From positions 45,570,001-45,634,000 of the forward strand of contig OX597814.1 of assembly GCA_951406725.2 (NCBI GenBank): a stretch of DNA of 64,000 nt. The letters are read 5' to 3'. Below, one piece after another: positions 23,654-34,700 of the stretch. The stretch is from Octopus vulgaris. Taxonomy: Eukaryota. The translations under genes were made by a program, and so were the position numbers. The notes beneath the pieces were generated by a model. That model was not told where the DNA came from and did no database searches. It was given only the letters and a program-made list of their open reading frames with translations. Each line of letters opens with the position of its first letter. Within the stretch, counting starts at the first letter, position 1.

Positions 23654-26600
23654 TATCCTTCAATCATCAAACAATATGCTGTGCTTCAGAAGACCTGTTA
23701 AATGAAATTGTTGTCGTGGCCGATGCCAGTGCCACCTAACTGGCACCTGTGCCAGTGGCACGTAAAATGCACCATTTGAGTGTGACCGATACCAGTGCCA
23801 CCTGACTGGGTCCCTTGCTAGTGGCATGTAAAAAGCACAATTTGAGTGTGGTCATTGCTAGTGGCACATAAAAAGCACCCACTACACTCTCAGAGTAGTT
23901 AGCATTAGGAAGGGCATTCAACTGTATAAACTTTGCCAGAACAAATTGGAACCTGGTGCAGCCTCCTGGCTTGCCAGACTTCAGTCAAACCGTTCAACCC
24001 ATGCCAGCATGGAAAGCAAACGTTAAAAGATGATATATATATATATATGTAGGTCCCGGGTTGAGTCGGGGTTAACCACAGTAAATAAGGTACTCAATAC
24101 ATAGCAGAGTAAATTAATTTATTTTATAGAAGGAGCTTCTACAGGACTAGAACTGTTTCATTCAAATCTTTGAATGAAACAGTTCTAGTCCTGTAGAAGC
24201 TCCTTCTATAAAATAAATATATATATATATTAGCGCCAAAATATGTACTTCAACTTGTTTGAACAGAGGATTATAAGGTACTGGATTCAGGCCTTTAGAA
24301 ACATGCTTATCAGCTGACCCTATATGAAGCAGAACTGTACCATATACTAGAGTATTTCTTACACATATGAGGCTGAATAACTGCTGCACGCACACACACA
24401 TATACACATACTCTACAGTATTGCTTGAATGTTCAAGATGAAATAATTGTTACATACATACTACAACAGTATTGCTTACATAACTGTGACAACAACTGTT
24501 ACCTGTACAAACATACTAAACCTTTTCCAGAAGACCATCTGACTGACTGACAGACCTTCACTCACTAACATTCCAACCATAAGTACATTGACATGCTATC
24601 TATTTTTCCATGACTATTAAGATTCCTGCACCTGCACCTCTAAATATGTATACCACTGATCAGTTCTATCTAACTGCACAAAGCCAATGAGTTGTACCCC
24701 TCTCTGTCAAACTAGAATATAAAACAAAGCATGTAATCCACACAAAAAGAAAAATCCCCTGAATAATTTCTGATAATGTAGAATAAAGTTTATTCATTCA
24801 CTGGAAAACACAAATCATGAATGATAAGGAACGACAGATATAGTTAAAGAATCAAAATTCTTCTTTCCTTTTTCTATTCATGATTCATAATTAAATAGTT
24901 TTTATTACTTGAGTTCAGGGTTTAAAAAAAAAAAAATTTTACTGTCTTATGAAATGAATAGTAAATCTATCTTTCTACAATATTTGCATATTGAGGGATA
25001 TTCGACACCAAAACTCATTAAAAAAAGAATTTATGTATGCTAGCATGGGTTGGATGATTTGACTGAGGTCTGGTGAACCAGATGGCTGCACCAGACTCCA
25101 ATCTTGATCTAGAAACTCTGCCAGATCAGATTGGAGTCTGGTGCAGCCATGTGGTTCACCAGACCTCAGTCAAATCGTTCAACCCTTGCTAGCATGGAAA
25201 GCAGACGTTAAACGATGATGATGATGATGATTGTCATAGAGATGATCTTACATAATCTTACCTGCTTTTTATGTGGGAGACTGACAGGGAAAACAAGACT
25301 TTGGAGTTGCACCATGTTTATATTGGTGTTTATATATACAATCTTGTATGTGTGTGTGTATGCTTACACATAGAAAATGGCATATACCCAATTAAATAAG
25401 GTAGGATTACTATAAGTCAGCTGTTAATATCATGTCATTGATGTGTATATGACCCAGTCACATAACTATCTGTATCCCAATCTACCTGAAGGTAAAAAGA
25501 AGTACTACAGAAGAATCAGTAAATGTAGCATTTTAAAATGGATGAATGTTTAGAGGTTTTTCAATTTTTTACTAAGTACAACTCTGAATGAGCATAGAGT
25601 AAGTTGGGCAGCCTAACACTTCATTTACAACATGTAAACAAAGACTTTAGAGTGACACTATGGCCCTATAGGATTCACCATCACACACATGCATGTATGT
25701 GTAAGTATTTATAAATTTAGAAAGACAAAAAAAAAATTTCTCCTACCATCAGGAATAAAGCAAAACATGATGGACTTGCTGTATTTCTGACGAGGTTTAA
25801 TAATACCAAAATATGTCCAGAAATGTTAAGGCCACAGGTAAGACTCACTCACATCTGCATGTACACATTGTTTGTAGATAATTTAACAAAAAAAAATAAA
25901 CTTCACTTTGGCTGAAATTTCTATTAAGATTTCTTGATTCACTACATTATGTTAGCACTGATTTTATTTTATGATGGGAATATATTGCATCAAAAATAAA
26001 TATGTTTATTTGTAGGAGGAATTGCTGCAGGGACAACCACTCCATTAGATGTAGCTAAAACAAGGATCATGTTGGCAAAGGTATATTATTTTTATGCTGT
26101 TATTTTTTTTAAAAACCAAATATGATTTTAAATCTTTCTTTCTAATTTTATTAGTTCTGATTTCTATTCACTCGAAATGTTATACCACCTGAACATAATT
26201 TTCACTATTTTATGATATAACAGGCATGGCTGTGTGATTAGGAAACACACTTGGCATTTATATTGTTTCAGGTTTATTCCTCCTGCTTAGTAACATATCA
26301 GGTTGGTGCAAATGAAATGTCTGATTTAAAGATCTAAGGTAAAAATGAATAAGCCAGTGACTCTGGAAATGTTTATTCATTAACATACTCACCATTGCTT
26401 TCACTGACCTCATTCCATCTTTTAACAACCTTATAAACGTCTCGCTTGTAAAATTCTGTAGGTTTAGAACCAAAATATGAATCCAACTCATTTTCAATTT
26501 CTTCTCTTGTTGTTAACCTAAGTCCATCAAAATGGTTCTGTAGTCCTCGGAACAAATGGTAATCAGAAGGAGCAATGTCAGGAGAATATGGAGGATGAGG

Positions 26601-29600
26601 CAGTACTTCCCAACCAAGTTCTTCCAAGAGAGTTTTGGTCAGTCGAGTTGTGTGAGGACGAGCATTATCGTGATGGCAGATGATACCTTTTCTGTTAATC
26701 AAGGATGCTCGCTTTTGGCTCAGAACTGTTTTCAAATGATTTCACAGTAAAGATTAGCATTAATTGTTTGCTCACAGTATAATGGATTACTCCTTTAATA
26801 TCCCACCATACACTCAGCTTTGATCTTCTTTGGATGAAGTCCTGCTCTCGGTTGATGAAATGGCTGTCCTCCTCGACTGATCCAAGAATGGTGGCATTTA
26901 ACATTATGGTAAAGAATCCACTTCTCATCACCTGTAACAAGCCTGTCTAAAAATGTTGCTTGCAAATGTTGCGAAAGCAATGACTGACAACAAGCAGCAC
27001 GCTGTTGTCAATTCTCTGGGGACTGCTCATGAAGGACCCATTTTCCAGCCACTAAAACCTTTCCAATGTATTTTAGTTGGTGTACCACGGCTGTATGGCC
27101 ATGTTTAACTGTTCTGCAAGTTCCCTAGTGGTAACAGTAAGGTTCTCTGAAATGTGCTTCCAACATTTTGGAATCATGTTTTTTGGGGATGACCCTCTTT
27201 TGGCTCTTCTTTTAAAGTGAAATCATCACTTCAGAAACAGGAAAACCACCTCCTGCAACTTCTTTCTTCCACTACATCATCCCCATAAGTGCTCTGAATA
27301 GATCTTGCTGCTGCACTTGCATTAATACCTTTATGAAACTTGTAGAGTAAAACATCTCTTATGTGATCTTTAGATGGGACAAATATGGTTGTAAAATTTT
27401 CTGAAAATTATGGCCAGAAATTAGATAATCTGAAAGAAAATAATACAAATTAGACACAGAGATAACTTAAAACTATAAGAAGAAGTTAAAAAATTGATAA
27501 ATCTTTTGCACCAGCCTGATATATATATATGAAAGAAAGATTAAAAATCCGGGCAAATCTCTATATATAAAACTGAAGTTGTGTGGTGTCTGTCTCCTAC
27601 AATTTAGATTCCTAACTACTCCAACATTTTGTCGTGCAGTTTAACCAAAAGCGGGTATCTTATAGTCGTGATTCATGTCGAGCCCTTCTGGGTATTAGCG
27701 TGAGTCTACGATTTAAAAAAAAATTTACCATCACTTTTTTCCATTTTTAATGCATTTTTTGCTATTATATAAGGGAAGTAACTCTCTAAAAATGCTTATA
27801 TAGTTATTTCCCTTACAAACCCGAGCAACGCTGGGCGATACTGCTAGTACTTTATAAGCACTTAGTAGGGATCAAACTTGGCTAACTAAATTGCTAAATT
27901 GTCCATTGTAATCCACATTGATCGTAAAATTACTTTCGGCTGTCTGTCTAATGTGTAAATCTGAAGTTTGAACACTGAATAAATTTAGTATAGAAGAAAA
28001 GCAAAGAATGAAAAATTGTACATTCCTTAATTTGCTTATGCACTTTTCAGATAGGCTAACATTTCAAATTTCTGTGAGGAAAATAAGGAAGATATTCCAT
28101 TTCAAGAGAATTATTTTCCTTATAAGAATAAATATTGGTTGCAAATTTTGGCAAAAGGCCAGCAATTTTGATTACAAGAACCCCAGTATACAATTGGTAC
28201 TTGTTTTGTTAATCTTGGAAGGATGAAAGGCAATGTTGACCTTGGCAGAATTTGAACTCAGACTGTAAATATGGATAAATGCTAAGTTATGGGGACATAA
28301 ACACACCAACATCGGTTGTCAAGTGATGGTTGGAGGACAAACACAGACACACACATAAATATGTACATATATATATGATGGGTTTCTTTCAGCTTCCGTC
28401 TACCAAATCTACTCACAAGGCCTTGGTCTGCCCAAGGCCAAAGTAGAAGACATTTGCCCAAAGTGCCATGTAGTGGGACTGAACCCAGAACCATGTGGTT
28501 GGGAAGCAAGCTTCTTACTACACAGCCACACATAGTGCAGGCATTGCTGTGTGGTAAGCTTGCTTTGCAACCACATGGTTCTAGGTTCAGTCCTACAGCC
28601 AAGCACCTTGGATAAATCTCTCCTACTATAGCTTCAGGCCAACCAAATCCTTGTGAGTAGATTTGGTAGATGGAAATTGAAATAAGCCTACAAGATAGAT
28701 ATATATATGTGTGTGTGTGTCCACCACCAGCACTTGCCAATCAGTTTTGGTGTGTTTACATCCCCATAACCTAGTGGTTTGGCAAAAGCTTACAGAAACG
28801 TTAGCATGCCAGGCGAAATGCTTAGCGGTATATTTGTCTGTTGTTATGTTCTGAGTTCAAATTCCACCGAAGTCAACTTTGCCTTTTGTCCTTTCAGGGT
28901 CGATAAATTAAGTACCAGTTGTGTACTGTGGTTGATCTAATTGACTGGCCCCCTCCCCCAAAATTTCAAGCCTTGTGTCTAGAGTAGAAAAGAATATATC
29001 CTGAAATTAAAATATTCTTTAATTTTTTTTTTGTCTTCTCTTCTCTTCTCTGACTGTAGAAAGACTCATCTCTTGCTTCTGGGAGGATTTTCGCTGCTTT
29101 GAAACTCATTTACCGTGAAAAGGGAGTTTTTGGGTAAGAAAGATCTTTTGTTTGGACAATAACTATAGTCGATACATTAGTTAATAAATGTCATATATCA
29201 TTTAACGTCCGCTTTCCATGCTAGCATGGGTTGGACGGTTCAACTGGGGTCTGGGGAGTCCAAAGGCTGCACCAGGCCAGTCAGATCTGGCAGTGTTTCT
29301 ACAGCTGGATGCCCTTCCTAACGCCAACCACTCCGAGAGTGTAGTGGGTGATTTTATGTGCCACCGACACAGGTGCCAGACGAGGCTGGCGAACGGCCAC
29401 GCTCGGATGGTGTTTTTTATGTGCCAACGACACAGGTGCCAGACGAGGCTGGCAGACGGCCACGCTCGGATGGTGTTTGTTACGTGCCCACAGCACGGAG
29501 GCCAGTCGATGCGGTACTGGCTACGGCCACGTTCGGATGGTTTTCTTGTGTGCCACCGGCACTGGTACCACAAAGATACAAATTCCATTGATGTTCATCT

Positions 29601-30640
29601 ATTTTGATTTTTTGATAAATGTCATATATAAGTGTAGGCATGGCTGTGTGGTTAAGAAGCTCACTTTGCAACCACATGGTTTCAGGTTCATCCCCACTGT
29701 GTGGCACCTTGAGCAAGCCTCTTCTGTAGCCCTGGGTTGACCAATGCATTGTGAGTGAATTTGGTAGACAAAAACTGGGGGGGGGGGGGCTATCAGATAT
29801 ATATACATGTGTTTCTGCTCCATCACAGCTTGACAACCAGTGTTTGTTTATGTCGCCACGACTTAGTGGTTTGGCAAAAGAGACTGATGGGATAAGTACC
29901 AGACTTAAAGTAAGTACTGGAGTTGATTTGTTTGATTAAAACCATCACAGAGATGCCCCAGCATGGCTGTAGCCTAGTGAATAGTACAAGTAAAAGATAA
30001 GATATAAATAGCTTTAGTCTTATTGTATAGAAATTTTAGGTTAGAAAATGTGATTGGAATCACATGTTTTTGCTTGTTAAACATGTATACTCTTCAGCAA
30101 GACTTAATATATTTTCATAAAAAGAAGTTATATTTTCATTAAAATCCATCAGGATTAGAGGAAGGAAGAAACTAATGATAATTTCTTACATTGGTCAGAA
30201 ATGGTTGGCTGACAATGTACTTGATTGAATCAACACCTGTACATATCTGGTACTCTATCAGGTGAATAACAGACGTTAACTCTGTTTACTCATCACAACT
30301 AAGTAAACTGGAGGAACATGAAATGACGTGCCTTGCTTAAGGATTTGAACTCACAACCATTTGATCACAAGTCAAACATTCTAACCATCAGGTCATATAT
30401 ATTTTCACAAGTTTAGATAATATTTCCGCCTTTTGTAAAAAATAAAAAAGAGAGAAAAGAAATTAATGTCTGCTTTAATTTGGGTTGAAATATGTTTTCT
30501 TTTCCTAAAACTTTAAAACTTTCTTTTGTAGCCTTTATTCTGGAATTATGCCCCGTGTCATGTGGATTTCTGCTGGCGGTGCTATTTTTCTGGGAATTTA
30601 TGATGAAGTTAAGCATCTACTATCATTGGTTTTACATTAA
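12883..30640 (+). CDS. SLC25A26: Mitochondrial S-adenosylmethionine carrier (SAMC), spliced gene with 9 coding exons, 819 nt, 272 aa
   Basis: Hand-assembled exons 12883-12918, 16482-16638, 19180-19289, 20054-20158, 21230-21322, 22974-23043, 26016-26080, 29060-29133 and 30532-30640. All introns are GT-AG with consistent phases. Three carrier signatures Px[DE]xx[KR]: PLDTMR, PVEVVK, PLDVAK. Segments AASAGEV-ACLIRVP, GLYRGY-ST--REIPFS--QFPLWE and WQS--CGA match SAMC/PET8 as I remember them. Confidence 0.95.
13531..13760 (+). mobile_element. SINE family A, full length, inserted in a SINE-B fragment
   Basis: Perfect 15-bp TSD AGAAACTGAATGAAG (13516-13530 and 13761-13775). Confidence 0.9.
13925..14061. 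repeat. 137-bp fold-back (MITE-like hairpin)
   Basis: TTATTCTTAAAC.AGAATATTGTTGAC pairs with GTCAACAATATTCT.GTTTAAGAATAA, with further imperfect pairing inward. Confidence 0.8.
14555..15112 (+). mobile_element. RTE LINE 3' UTR with about 5 repeat modules
   Basis: Repeated TGGCAC.TAAAAAGCAC cores and a (GAT)n tail. Confidence 0.85.
15250..15650 (+). mobile_element. tRNA-derived CORE-like SINE family B, full length
   Basis: A-box TGGCTGTGTGG, B-box GGTTCAGTCC, CTTGGGCAAGT core, internal (TA/TG)n and tail AACAAGTAAAAGA. Other copies at about 28300-28525 (-), 28540-28790 and 29635-30000. Confidence 0.85.
15660..16165. repeat. (TA)n / TATG-TACA compound microsatellite
   Basis: Seen directly; it is the source of the spurious YI-rich ORFs. 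Similar tracts at 15112-15250, 23213-23246, 23608-23651 and 62018-62120. Confidence 0.95.
16482..16638 (+). CDS. SLC25A26: SLC25A26 coding exon 2 ([24 protein letters not shown]...GSAPQ)
   Basis: tttcAG acceptor, carrier motif 1, and a weak donor GTTTTT in phase 1. Confidence 0.95.
16778..17665 (-). mobile_element. RTE-clade LINE 3' portion (RT C-terminus, 3' UTR and (GAT)n tail)
   Basis: ORF 17313..17705 contains [12 protein letters not shown]…[13 protein letters not shown] and continues into the modular 3' UTR. Confidence 0.9.
19180..19289 (+). CDS. SLC25A26: SLC25A26 coding exon 3 ([12 protein letters not shown]...MIAASAGEV)
   Basis: tttcAG acceptor and GTAAGT donor; overlaps ORF 19062..19352. 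Confidence 0.95.
20054..20158 (+). CDS. SLC25A26: SLC25A26 coding exon 4 ([17 protein letters not shown]...LQAE)
   Basis: cacAG acceptor, GTAAGT donor, carrier motif 2. Confidence 0.95.
21230..21322 (+). CDS. SLC25A26: SLC25A26 coding exon 5 ([31 protein letters not shown])
   Basis: ttgtAG acceptor and GTAGTA donor; highly conserved SAMC segment. Confidence 0.95.
21805..22725 (+). mobile_element. Decayed RTE LINE RT fragments, including a duplicated YADD segment
   Basis: ELLYADDL-like segments at about 21850 and 22000, a W-C--C…C--C zinc-finger-like stretch, and homology to 34860-35520. Confidence 0.8.
22974..23043 (+). CDS. SLC25A26: SLC25A26 coding exon 6 ([23 protein letters not shown])
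   Basis: gcAG acceptor after a pyrimidine tract; GTAAGA donor in phase 1. Confidence 0.95.
23240..23607 (+). mobile_element. Non-autonomous Helitron inside a (TA)n tract
   Basis: 3' hairpin CCTGAGCAACGCCGGG followed by CTAG|T; the last ~100 bp are shared with 27558-27847. Confidence 0.8.
24117..24218. repeat. Perfect 50-bp palindrome with a 2-nt loop
   Basis: 24117-24166 is the exact reverse complement of 24169-24218. Confidence 0.95.
25037..25231. repeat. RTE tail carrying an inverted duplication of itself (~72-bp stem)
   Basis: 25037-25110 pairs with 25123-25195 with few mismatches; a (GAT)n tail follows. Confidence 0.9.
26016..26080 (+). CDS. SLC25A26: SLC25A26 coding exon 7 ([22 protein letters not shown])
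   Basis: tgtAG acceptor, GTATAT donor, carrier motif 3. Confidence 0.95.
26298..27519 (-). mobile_element. Mariner (DD34D) transposon, near full length, frameshifted
   Basis: TA TSD and TIRs TCAGGTTGGTGCAAA / TTTGCACCAGCCTGA. Motifs [20 protein letters not shown] and [16 protein letters not shown] (ORFs 26373..26735 and 26795..26980). Confidence 0.95.
27558..27847 (+). mobile_element. Non-autonomous Helitron
   Basis: A|TC…CTAG|T junctions with no TSD, and a subterminal hairpin CCCGAGCAACGCTGGG. Confidence 0.88.
29060..29133 (+). CDS. SLC25A26: SLC25A26 coding exon 8 ([25 protein letters not shown])
   Basis: Long pyrimidine tract plus tgtAG acceptor; GTAAGA donor in phase 2. Confidence 0.92.
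29198..29605 (-). mobile_element. RTE LINE 3' UTR with recently duplicated ~60-bp modules
   Basis: Two near-identical units at about 29350-29480; this explains the repetitive ORFs 29202..29588 and 29218..29607. Confidence 0.85.
30532..30640 (+). CDS. SLC25A26: SLC25A26 last coding exon ([35 protein letters not shown])
   Basis: ttgtAG acceptor, TAA at 30638-30640, AATAAA downstream at 30737, 30872 and 31108. Confidence 0.95.
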
Positions 30641-31638
30641 AATCAATGAGAAATATTGTTGAATTAATATTTTTAAAAGAAGAGAACAGGTTTTATATTT
30701 TTTAAATTTCTTTATTTTTTAAAATTTTGTAAACGAAATAAAGAAAATTTTGATTTTTTTTTTAAACAAATTTAACAATTTTTATTATTTTATTTTGGCA
30801 CAGAAGTTGTTTTTTTTTTTTTGTAAGTGGTTTGTGAATTGTTAACTCATTGATGATGAGTTCAATTCCACAATAAACGTTTTGCATTTTTTGTGACACC
30901 TGATTTTATTTTTGTTACACCTGGTTTTACATCTCGGACCCATTTCAGAAGTGATTTTTATATCATGTAGCATAATTTAAACATATAAATATACTTCCCC
31001 AAGAAACTATTTATTCCATCCATGCCTGCATGGAGAAAAAAATTTCTATTAAACTACTAAAAGCTTCACCCTTATGTTTTTATTTTTTATTGTTCCAACC
31101 ACCATGCAATAAAAATTAGAACCAGTATTTCAAGAATGGAGAGAAAGAATTTTATACTTGCCTCAGTGAATACACTGTTTACACCAATCTGTCTTGATAT
31201 TACCTTTTCTCCCTGATCTAATTCAGCACATGAACCAGAATACGGTATTAACTTGGGCTAACCCATATCATTGATAATTTCTGATGTGACCCTCACTGGC
31301 AATCAACTTCTGTTTAGTTGGAGATGCTGTTCTTATTTTGGCTATTCTAGTTTCATTCTCACACACATATAGCAATTAATGACAACAAACTGAGTAAAGT
31401 AATTATGAATATGAATAACATGGGATTCACACAATAATATCACCATATCCCAGACCAAAATGAAGTGGTCATAACAAAGTAGTATGATTGCCATTTGATT
31501 TTGTATGCAAATATCATTAAGGAAAGAAAACAGAAACTGGATAAGCTAATATAAATTCTTTTTAAAGATCACAGGGCTAATAGAGGTAGTGAGCAGCAGG
31601 AGTTAGCTTTGCTGAAAAATCAACAGCATTATGTCAGT

Positions 31639-31785
31639 TTAACATTCATTGCTACAGCTTCGTTGTACAGATGGTGGGCTATTTGATATAAAATGTTGAA
31701 GTTCTTCTAATTGTTCCCTCTGATTGCTGTCCAATTTCTCAAGACGATCTTTTAACTGGTGAAGTTCTTTTCTGTGACAATTGTC
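31639..31785 (-). CDS. CEP83: CEP83 last coding exon (DNCHRKELHQLKDRLEKLDSNQREQLEEL…NEC*)
   Basis: ttcAG acceptor and TAA stop at 31641-31639. Confidence 0.92.
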   Translation of the reverse strand, partial: DNCHRKELHQLKDRLEKLDSNQREQLEELQHFISNSPPSVQRSCSNEC

Positions 31786-34700
31786 CTGAATATGCAATAA
31801 TAGTAATTACAAAAGTTGTCAGGTAATACAATGATGTGGATAAAACAAATAAACTGAAATCTTGAACATGGAAAAAATATTTAGAAATTACTGAAAAACT
31901 TTGTATGAATAGGTGGTATTGTTTATCTTCAGGTTCAACTTATCACACAGAGGAAGTTGATCAAACAGTTAGGTACAATCAACAATAAAGGCGGCGAGCT
32001 GGCAGAATCGTTAGCACGTTAGTCGAAATGCTTAGCAGTATTTCATCTGCCGCTACGTTCTGAGTTCAAATTCCGCCGAGGTCGACTTTGCCTTTCATCC
32101 TTTCAGGGTCGATTAAATAAGTACCAGTTACGCACTAGGGTCGATGTAATCGACTTAATCCGTGTGTCTGTCCTTGTTTGTCCCCTCTATGTTTAGCCCC
32201 TTGTGGGTAATAAAGAAACAGGTACAATCAACAAATCCCATTCCATATGCCAGGGCGTTGCCTCATGAAAGAACATATTGTGCACCCCATTATGTGTGCA
32301 TATTTGGGGCAGTTATCTTAATTACTTTTTCCACTGTACAGCCTGTTTTTGCATGAAAGTAGGTGCAGTTGGTGGCCACAGTAGGGGCAGGGGAATTATG
32401 TTTTGGTTGAAATGTGAGAATTGTTATTAATCCAGTGTGGTGGTGTTATGTATCCCCAGATCAACCCTGATTTTGCAGTCCTGTGACACATAGGTTGTGA
32501 ACTGACAGATGAGACATGGCACAAATACACCTTCCTTATTATATCATGCCATTATGTCTGTATGGGATGCAGTATGGCTGTCTGAACATATTGCACTCAC
32601 TTTTCACTGTCCAGTTTATTTCTTATTACTTTATTGCCCACAAGGGGCTAAACATAGAGGAGACAAAGAAGGACAGACAAAGGGATTAAGTCGATTACAA
32701 CGACCTCAGTGCGTAACTGGTACTTAATTTATCGACCCCCCACCCCAAAAATGGATGAAGGGCAAAGTCAACCTTGGCAGAATTTGAACTCAGAACGTAA
32801 CGGCAGACGAAATACCACTAAACATTTTGCCCGGCGTGCTAACGTTTCTGCCAGCTCGCTGCCTTAGTCCAGTTTATTTCTGTATGCTTCCAGCTTCTGT
32901 AAGTAACCACAGTGAACTCGATCAAAATGTGACAGTTCCTCTGCACTGATATTGTACATCTTTACAGAGTTTGGAGCTAATAAGGCTATTGATATACAAC
33001 TTATTATGGGGTGAAGTGTGTTGTTTTATGTTCTTTGTAGCTTGTTAAGGTGGTGTTCCAAGCAGGAGTGGTAATATTTTATCTAAACGGATTGTTCATA
33101 TATTAGTGATGCTGTTTTTTTGTGTTGACTTTATGTTGATACCTGTGAATGGTTTAATCCTTTTGATACCAACCTGCCCAAAACCGCCCTGGTTCTATGA
33201 AAGAAATGACACAAGCATCCTCCACTGGATGTATAATGTTAGTATGCAGGAACAACAGATCACAAACAGAAAAATGATATAAGGCAATCAGAGATAGTGT
33301 GCTAGAGAGAAGGTTATGCAAGTACATGATACATACAGAGTATGTTGGTTACATAAAGATGTGCCAAGTGGTTGAAATAGATGGAACCAGTAGAACGGGA
33401 AAATCTTAGAACTCACAGGATGATGTATTGAAGGCTGATCTAAGAAGCTCAACCTCAAAAATGAGATGATAAAGAATTGTAACTAGTGGCGACACATAGT
33501 TGTGGAGAGATCTATCCACCCGAATAACTGTAGCAAAATAGATATTGAAACAGTGATAATGATGGACGTTGAGATGTATTATATCATCATTTGGGTTTCT
33601 TGCAGATTATGTTCCTGTTAAGCCTTTATCTACAACCATCTCTACTTCTTTCTCTCAATCACTAATCATTCTCCTATGCTACCTGTATAGCAAGGCATGG
33701 CACTGGATCCATCTTTATTCAAAGCCCAGACCATTATGCTTTATAACTACATTTCTCCATCAGGTCACCTGTATTATAAGTGATCACATCAAATTAATAT
33801 ACAGTCACTCTTCTCAGTGGTTATCCATTATTCTTTCTCTCAAAAGTCAAAATACAGGGTAAAGATTATAAGAAATCTGTGAGCCAATGCCACAGTATGA
33901 TTGTTAGTGTATTCAACTAAGGGGACCTAATCATAGATTGAATGGAAAGAAATTCTAGACCTATAGGAAAACAATGATAACATTGATGAAATAATTTTAA
34001 AATTGTAATTAAATATACCTTGTTAACAATTTTCAGAAATATAAAATTTATTAACCCTTACCTGTTCTTCAAAATTGCTATGAAAAGAATTGTTTGGAAG
34101 AATCGGGTTTAAAGGTCCTTTGTCTCCAACCACAGGAGCTGAGAAGACTAGGCGACGAAATTCATTATGACGATAAAGCAAGTCCTGGAGTTGAAGCTTC
34201 AGTTTCTTGTGTTCTTCAGGCGAAACCCAGTTTCTACAGGATGACCATGAAATTAATATTCATTAGTTTAGAACACTAAGATAGCACTTTTATATAAATT
34301 GAACTCTGTTAACCAGCAAATACACTTCTCAGTTTTTGCTATGGAAATACTTTTTACACTGGCGAATTATATCATATTGCAGTACTTTTTTTACAGCCAC
34401 TGAGAGTTGTAATCACATAAATTCAAAACTGTTTCAATTATTTCGGTTATTATTGTTTGATTGACTGGTGTAGTAGCATCATAGTCAACTGCTACAAAGG
34501 TAAAGGTGATGCATTAGATACGAATAATTACAGAGGTATCAAGTTGTTGGATCAGATAATGAAAGTCATGGGGAGGGTCATAGCCCAACTAATTAGGGAG
34601 AGAGTCAGTCTAGATGAGATGCAGTTTGGGTTTGTGCTAGGGAAAAGCACCACTGACGCTATATTTCTGGCAAGACAGCTGCAAGAGAAATACCTAGCCA

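Noticed and set aside
26373-26980. Domesticated or active mariner transposase
   Set aside because: It has multiple frameshifts and a stop, and lies antisense in an intron with no splice evidence.
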